From a virus (taxonomy: Duplodnaviria; Heunggongvirae; Uroviricota; Caudoviricetes): a stretch of DNA of 11,595 bases. The stretch covers positions 1 through 11,595 of IMG/VR virus record IMGVR_UViG_2579778753_000002. One strand, 5' to 3'. The notes under the pieces were generated by a model. That model searched no databases. It was given only the letters and a program-made list of their open reading frames with translations, and was not told the origin of the DNA. Positions 7,224 through 11,595 of the stretch are shown here, one piece after another (position 1 is the first letter of the stretch; each line of letters opens with the position of its first letter). Both the position numbers and the translations under genes were made by a program.

Positions 7224-7544
7224 TTATCCCCGATTTGAATCAGTATTCGCTTTCTTTATGGCATTTAATGCATCTGTGGCATTTTCAATGGTGCACCGTA
7301 ACGAAATATCAAACTGCCCAAGCATTGCCAGTAACAAACCGATATTACCCATATCAATGCGCATGGCCTTTTCGTCATAGTCCTCATTTTCTGACGCATG
7401 CCACATCAGGCTACCAATTGACGCAATACCCATTGATATATTGTCAGTAGCCCCATCCGCAGCGGAATAAACCTTTTTAGCAATATCATGCTCACAGTTA
7501 AAATGCGGATTAATCAGGTACTGGTAATTGGTCATGTCAGGCAT
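7224..7544 (-). CDS. Hypothetical acidic protein (106 aa)
   Basis: ATG at 7544 preceded by AGGGGGGG. Ends 7 nt before the next gene in the same operon. No family recognised. Confidence 0.55.
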   Translation of the reverse strand: MPDMTNYQYLINPHFNCEHDIAKKVYSAADGATDNISMGIASIGSLMWHASENEDYDEKAMRIDMGNIGLLLAMLGQFDISLRCTIENATDALNAIKKANTDSNRG

Positions 7545-7740
7545 GGCACCCCCCCTGACGAATACGGGCGGCGAATACCATCACGCAGCCAGCCGGGGAT
7601 TGCTGGCGTGCTTCCTGTTCGCTGGTGGCCACGATGGTAATCACGCGCGGTTGTGCCGTGCTCAGGGCGATAAAACGCCAGATGTATTTATTCAGGTTGT
7701 GCGAGTCCCGCCCTTGCGGGTGTGTGGTATGATTTCTCAT
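7537..7740 (-). CDS. Possible small protein (67 aa), first gene of the replication operon
   Basis: ATG at 7740 with GAGG 7 nt upstream. Its stop overlaps the 106-aa start by 8 nt (ATGCCTGA). It is the C-terminal segment of a long, otherwise implausible 362-aa ORF. Confidence 0.35.
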   Translation of the reverse strand: MRNHTTHPQGRDSHNLNKYIWRFIALSTAQPRVITIVATSEQEARQQSPAGCVMVFAARIRQGGCHA

Positions 7741-7838
7741 AGCTGCCTCGATAATCTTGCTATCGTTGGTGGTTAGAAGCCCCGTTACTGCTCCTACAGT
7801 GCGGGGTTTCGTCGTTTCTGCACCTTGCATTAACAAGG

Positions 7839-7916
7839 TGTAAGTAACTTTATTTATAGGTGGCTTACATGTCAATGCTTTTATGTAAGACTTTTTATGT
7901 GTATATTGTCTTACAC
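7839..7916. promoter_or_regulatory. Divergent promoter/operator region with four GTAAG/CTTAC half-sites
   Basis: Half-sites at 7840, 7864, 7885, 7910, including CTTACAT-N12-ATGTAAG. Minus-strand promoter candidate: -35 TTGACA (7875-7870), 17-bp spacer, -10 TAAAGT (7852-7847). Plus-strand candidate -10 TATATT (7902-7907). Confidence 0.45.
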
Positions 7917-7936
7917 TTTCATTGAGAGGATTACAG

Positions 7937-8242
7937 ATGGCTACAGGTTCAAAAAACGCAAAATCACAATCACTGACAGCTCGGATCCCGCATGATGTTA
8001 TTGAAGGCATGGAATCCGTAAAACTGGACGGTGAAAGCAACGCCGGATTCATAGTAACCGCCATGCGCGGTGAAATCGCCCGCCGCCAGGCAGAAGGAAG
8101 CGGAGAAAACCTCCTGGTTTCTTCGCTCGATGCCCTAGCGCAGGTGGAAAAAATCGGAGTCAAAGCCGCCGAGGAGATCGGGCAACTCGTCACCGTCGCG
8201 CGTGAAGAACTCCAGCGACGCAAGGTCAAAGAGCAGGAATAG
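7937..8242 (+). CDS. Ribbon-helix-helix-like putative DNA-binding regulator (101 aa)
   Basis: ATG at 7937 with GAGAGGA 6 nt upstream (the ORF track's 7922 start is a TTG). N-terminal beta-strand-plus-helix pattern (SLTARIPHDVIEGMESVKL). Transcribed opposite to the rest of the island. Confidence 0.55.
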   Translation: MATGSKNAKSQSLTARIPHDVIEGMESVKLDGESNAGFIVTAMRGEIARRQAEGSGENLLVSSLDALAQVEKIGVKAAEEIGQLVTVAREELQRRKVKEQE

Positions 8243-8299
8243 CCACTATCAGCGCCATAGTTTGAGGAACGCAGGCGCATTGCTTTACAGGACAGCACC

Positions 8300-8479
8300 A
8301 TGAGCGACACAGAATCAACCAAAACACCATCACCAACTCGTAAGAGACGACGCAAAAATATAGCGCATGAACATGAATCAGAAAGATTCGCACCTTGTTC
8401 GTTTGCTCTTGAGAAATTCCTTAAAGAGCACAGGAAAAAGCTCTCGTTGCAAACCTTGGAACGAACCAAATCTGACTGA
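8300..8479 (+). CDS. Possible small basic protein (59 aa), downstream of the RHH-like gene
   Basis: ATG at 8300, in-frame TGA at 8477-8479, just below the 60-aa track cutoff. Lys/Arg-rich N-terminus (TRKRRRKNIAHEHE). Followed by a strong terminator. Confidence 0.35.
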   Translation: MSDTESTKTPSPTRKRRRKNIAHEHESERFAPCSFALEKFLKEHRKKLSLQTLERTKSD

Positions 8480-8546
8480 TCACATTGCCCACCAGCCGCA
8501 AATGTGGCATTGTTGGCGATGCGTTCAAGTTTAGTGTGTATCCATT

Positions 8547-8575
8547 GGCGACCGCCCCCGGTCGCCTTTGTTTTA
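8547..8575 (+). terminator. Rho-independent terminator of the rightward RHH-like operon
   Basis: GGCGACCG-cccc-CGGTCGCC (8-bp perfect stem) followed by TTTGTTTTAT. Confidence 0.8.
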
Positions 8576-8593
8576 TATGTCATATGCTCCCCT

Positions 8594-8818
8594 TTACGCT
8601 GCCTTACCTGAATTAACGCGGTCACGGCTTTGCACCCAGTCCATAACTTCGGAAAGCAACCAGCCTACAGAACGCCCCCCAAGATTACGGCGAGACGGAA
8701 AGCCCCCTTTCTTCTCCAGTTCGTAGCGTGTAGTACGGCTGACGCCTGTTAACTTACGACATTCATCCTCACGAATTACGCGATCTGTTAGTGATTGAAA
8801 TTGTGTATTTTGATTCAT
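8594..8818 (-). CDS. alpA: AlpA-family prophage transcriptional regulator (74 aa)
   Basis: ATG with GAGGGTG RBS. HTH region (CRKLTGVSRTTRYELEKKGGFPSRRNLGGRSVGW) matches the AlpA/MerR-like fold found next to P4-type integrases. Confidence 0.85.
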   Translation of the reverse strand: MNQNTQFQSLTDRVIREDECRKLTGVSRTTRYELEKKGGFPSRRNLGGRSVGWLLSEVMDWVQSRDRVNSGKAA

Positions 8819-8921
8819 AAAAACACCCTCGAACGTAACCGAACAAGGGCATCTTATTTACCATAGCAGTTGGTGCAATATTGGAAAAATAAACTTTATT
8901 CTAATTTATCGTTCTCCATGA

Positions 8922-9776
8922 TTAATTTTCATTAGATAACATTTTTCTTATTTTTTCTAAAGAATCGCTGCGCATTATTTTTTCTAAGAAGGGTTTTACA
9001 GTCTGAGCAATAGCAAAGGTGTCCTTTTCACCATCAGGATACAAAGATACGGCAAGCACCCCTAATGAAATTTTTCTATCTGTAGACAACTCCCAAGATA
9101 ATAAGTCAATTAATGGGATTATCTTATAATCAATAATTTTACGTCGTATGCTCTCCCAACTTCCTGCAATTGGTTTGTCTGGCTCAACAATTGAAAGTTC
9201 ACTACGCCATTTTGGTAATAGTTTTGTAAACGCTTCAATCAACTCATCATCTCTGTTATGTAGTAAGTCAACAGAAACAAGCATATTATCTAATGTATCA
9301 GAAAGGAGATTCACTGGTTCACGCATCACAGCCCAAAACATCCCATTATCTTCTGATATTAAACTTCCAACCATCTCATTATCTATGATGATTGGTTTAT
9401 CCTTCCAATATCCTCTTTCCGCAGTCAGTTTATTAATCATTGATATATCAAACCTTGTTACAGGTTTAATTCCATCATCATAACTTAGCTCAATTAACTT
9501 CGGTTGCACTTTATGGTCATATTCTTTTTGTTTATCACAAAACCAATCGTCTTCTTTCAGCTCTCCAAATGGATCCCCGTAATTATTATGCAACGGGTAT
9601 TCAGCACCAAACATAAATCCATATTCAGGCATCTCAGAATGTTTCATCGTTAAATCATCTTGTCGCCAATATAATTGGCGAAATAGATCTTTATCCGACA
9701 AGTTTTCTAGGCAATCATATTTGCCTAAATCAAATGACTTTGGTAAATCTTTTTTACTATTTACTTTTTTCGTCAT
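8922..9776 (-). CDS. Hypothetical protein (284 aa), AT-rich cargo gene between int and alpA
   Basis: Uninterrupted 855-nt ORF. Its ATG overlaps the int TGA (ATGA at 9773-9776). Visibly more AT-rich than the flanking int and alpA. No recognisable catalytic motif. Confidence 0.75.
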   Translation of the reverse strand: MTKKVNSKKDLPKSFDLGKYDCLENLSDKDLFRQLYWRQDDLTMKHSEMPEYGFMFGAEYPLHNNYGDPFGELKEDDWFCDKQKEYDHKVQPKLIELSYDDGIKPVTRFDISMINKLTAERGYWKDKPIIIDNEMVGSLISEDNGMFWAVMREPVNLLSDTLDNMLVSVDLLHNRDDELIEAFTKLLPKWRSELSIVEPDKPIAGSWESIRRKIIDYKIIPLIDLLSWELSTDRKISLGVLAVSLYPDGEKDTFAIAQTVKPFLEKIMRSDSLEKIRKMLSNEN

Positions 9777-10993
9777 TGTATCCCTCTCAATATCACAATA
9801 TTTTCATTATATCCTGCAATCATATCAAGACGCTCAACCCATAGATTCAGTGCGTCCCGTTTCGCCTGCAAATAGCGTGAATGGTTATAGGTTTTTTGCT
9901 GACCTGGCATCTGATGCGCTGTGATGTGCTCCACGATATGCGGATCGACACCTAAATCATTCAGCATAGTTGTAAACGTGTGTCGGAAATCATGCAGCGT
10001 CCAGTGTTCCTGCTTAAGCCGCTTATGCGCATTTCGTCCATATTGCGCCACCGTGGTATCTTTTTTCAGTTCGCCGAGTAATAACCCAGTGTGTGCGTTT
10101 TGCTCCACCAGCTTCTGAATGAACGGCAAAATACCATCAGGAATAGGTCGGAATATTGTTACCTTCGTTTTGCTGTGCTCTTTTGGCACTGTCCACAACA
10201 TTTCTTTCAGATCCCATTCTTTGATCTCTGAAAGTCTGATCTCTGCCGTTCTGCACCCGAACACAATTAACAAGCGCATTAACGCACTGTAATAGGGAGC
10301 GAACACATCACCATCAATAGCGCGTAGAATTTCTTTTAGTTCGCTGTTGCTGTGCACTCTCTCGCGGATTTCTGCTCTCTTACCCACATCAGTAACGATC
10401 AAATCGTCCAGGGCGTTGCTAAACGCGTAGCGCCGCCTGCGGCAAAACTTTAGCGCCTGTTTGCATGTCTGCATGACATGGCCCGCTGCTACTGGTGCTT
10501 TTTTTCGTACGCGGTCAAAACATGCGATCCACTGCCTTGTATCACACTTATCAAGGGGAATTGCCCCAATATGGCAAATGATGTGCTTATCCATACGCTG
10601 CACCAGCTTTATGTAATCTTTGCGGTTATCCTTCGCGTATTCCTCCAGCCAGTAGTTAATCGCTTCCTTCACCGTAACGGGTTTTAGTGCTTCCTGTACT
10701 GTGGCGCACAACTCATAACGGGGGTTTTTACCCTCAGCCAGCCATGCCCGGCACAGTGTGCGTTTTTCCCTTGCGGCTTTCAGCGACAATTCAGGGTAAG
10801 CCCCCAGCTTTAACCGCTCTGCGGCAACCTCACGGCCTCCCGTTCGGTACCGGAAATACCAGGTTAATTTGCCGCCCTTTGAGTGTTTAATCTCCAGCCC
10901 GCCCCCGTCGGAGTAAAAACGCTCTTTTTCTGCCTGGACAGCCGCCAATTTTTTTAACGTCGAATCGCTCAGTTTGTTTAGTGCTTTTCCCAC
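9773..10993 (-). CDS. int: P4-family tyrosine integrase (406 aa)
   Basis: GTG start with GAGGA RBS. N-terminal arm-binding-type region (GGLEIKHSKGGKLTWYFRYR...GAYPELSLKAAREKR). C-terminal catalytic region with HDFRHTF and a downstream Tyr. Adjacent to the att site. Confidence 0.9.
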   Translation of the reverse strand: MGKALNKLSDSTLKKLAAVQAEKERFYSDGGGLEIKHSKGGKLTWYFRYRTGGREVAAERLKLGAYPELSLKAAREKRTLCRAWLAEGKNPRYELCATVQEALKPVTVKEAINYWLEEYAKDNRKDYIKLVQRMDKHIICHIGAIPLDKCDTRQWIACFDRVRKKAPVAAGHVMQTCKQALKFCRRRRYAFSNALDDLIVTDVGKRAEIRERVHSNSELKEILRAIDGDVFAPYYSALMRLLIVFGCRTAEIRLSEIKEWDLKEMLWTVPKEHSKTKVTIFRPIPDGILPFIQKLVEQNAHTGLLLGELKKDTTVAQYGRNAHKRLKQEHWTLHDFRHTFTTMLNDLGVDPHIVEHITAHQMPGQQKTYNHSRYLQAKRDALNLWVERLDMIAGYNENIVILRGIQ

Positions 10994-11030
10994 TATCAGA
11001 TCCTCTTTTCAGTCCTCCAGCCTCAAAAAA

Positions 11031-11106
11031 CTGACCACACAACTGACCACACATTTTGTTGAAGCTCTACGAACAACGACGAACAACAACAAACAATAAA
11101 ACAGGA
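11031..11106. repeat. Arm-type direct repeat (right), partner of 155-230
   Basis: Same tandem TGACCACACA and CGAACAA sub-repeats. Lies in the int upstream region, about 40 bp from the int start. Confidence 0.6.
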
Positions 11107-11181
11107 TAATTTATTGTTTATCAAATACATACATAAACAACCACAAGCAACCCCGAACCACAAAAAACACTAAATGAGAAA

Positions 11182-11195
11182 ATACGGGTATTTCT
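11182..11195. repeat. att core / target-site direct repeat, right copy
   Basis: Identical to 82-95. Confidence 0.8.
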
Positions 11196-11238
11196 CAGCC
11201 TTCACGCAGAAGGGCACCCCGAGTCGTTTGGTTGCGAT
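11182..11238 (-). promoter_or_regulatory. thiM: 5' portion of the thiM TPP riboswitch aptamer (P1 5' strand, P2, P3, CUGAGA), separated from its 3' half
   Basis: Reverse complement reads CAACCAAACGACTCGGGGTGCCCTTCTGCGTGAAGGCTGAGAAATACCCGTAT, which I recognise as the 5' half of the thiM thi-box. Confidence 0.85.
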
Positions 11239-11322
11239 GATAAATCGCAGAGGAGGATGGTAATGTCCAGCGCACGCGTTGTAAACGAGGAAAAACGGCA
11301 GTTTTACAATCGCGTTAATAAA

Positions 11323-11595
11323 TTATTTGATATATGAATCCAGCACCTTCAGAACGACATCCAGATCTTCTTCACGTTTTAGCTCATCCCCCTGGTGAAC
11401 GATGTGTTCCGTCAGATGACCTTTAATCACTTCCCGCATCAGACCGTTTACCGCGCCACGGATAGCAGCAATCTGTTGTAAAACTGCAGCGCATTCGTGC
11501 GGCTCGTCGAGCATTTTCTTGAGCGCCACGACCTGGCCCTGAATCTTACTGGCACGCGCTTTCAGTTTCTGTTTATCACGGATTGTATGAGACAT
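11323..11595 (-). CDS. rcnR: RcnR, Ni/Co-responsive transcriptional repressor (CsoR/RcnR family), 90 aa, complete
   Basis: ATG at 11595. The protein ([64 protein letters not shown]...) matches my recollection of E. coli RcnR, including the His-Cys metal-site signature. Confidence 0.9.

Larger units (their letters stand above)
82..11195. mobile_element. Integrated P4/PICI-like phage satellite (int, alpA, alpha-like replication protein, iteron ori, capsid/packaging-related accessory genes), about 11.1 kb
   Basis: Bounded by the 14-bp direct repeats. Integrase sits at the right end, and nearly identical 75-bp arm-like repeats lie just inside both ends. Host sequence on both sides is the two halves of one contiguous riboswitch. 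Confidence 0.8.

Noticed and set aside
7537-8625. 362-aa minus-strand ORF
   Set aside because: It runs antisense through the plus-strand RHH-like gene, its promoter and its terminator. It is Ser/Arg/Cys-rich and low-complexity, with no RBS at its start. Only the C-terminal 67-codon part (7537-7740), which has its own RBS, is kept as a low-confidence CDS.
9148-10890. Plus-strand ORFs antisense to the cargo gene and int (9148-9483, 9721-9924, 9921-10118, 10478-10890)
   Set aside because: Shadow ORFs of the minus-strand genes, with no translation signals.
82-11195. IS element, transposase, or toxin-antitoxin pair
   Set aside because: No transposase-like ORF or terminal inverted repeats. The small ORF pairs show no recognisable toxin or antitoxin motifs, so no such call is made.

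Overview
The window is one integrated satellite-like mobile element of about 11.1 kb (roughly 82-11195) in an Escherichia-type chromosome, flanked by a 14-bp direct repeat (ATACGGGTATTTCT). It sits inside the thiM TPP riboswitch: the 3' part of the thiM leader is at 1-95 (minus strand, thiM ATG just outside the window) and the 5' part of the aptamer is at 11182-11238, next to a complete rcnR (11323-11595, minus). Almost all island genes are on the minus strand. From the right end these are: a P4-family tyrosine integrase; an AT-rich 284-aa cargo ORF of unknown function whose ATG overlaps the int stop; AlpA; a divergent plus-strand RHH-like gene with an operator-like promoter region; a chain of small overlapping ORFs leading into a P4 alpha-like replication protein; an array of at least 9 GGTGAACAG/CTGTTCACC iterons (candidate ori); a 69-aa ORF coupled to a ClpP-type prohead protease fused to an HK97-fold major capsid protein; a lambda gpI-like tail assembly protein; and a Nu1-like small-terminase-type protein coupled to a 95-aa ORF. 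There is no portal, large terminase or tail gene set. I read this as a P4/PICI-type satellite carrying an unusual lambdoid-directed 'piracy' module plus a candidate defence cargo gene. No searches were run: all family assignments rest on motifs and recalled sequences and need BLAST/HMM confirmation.
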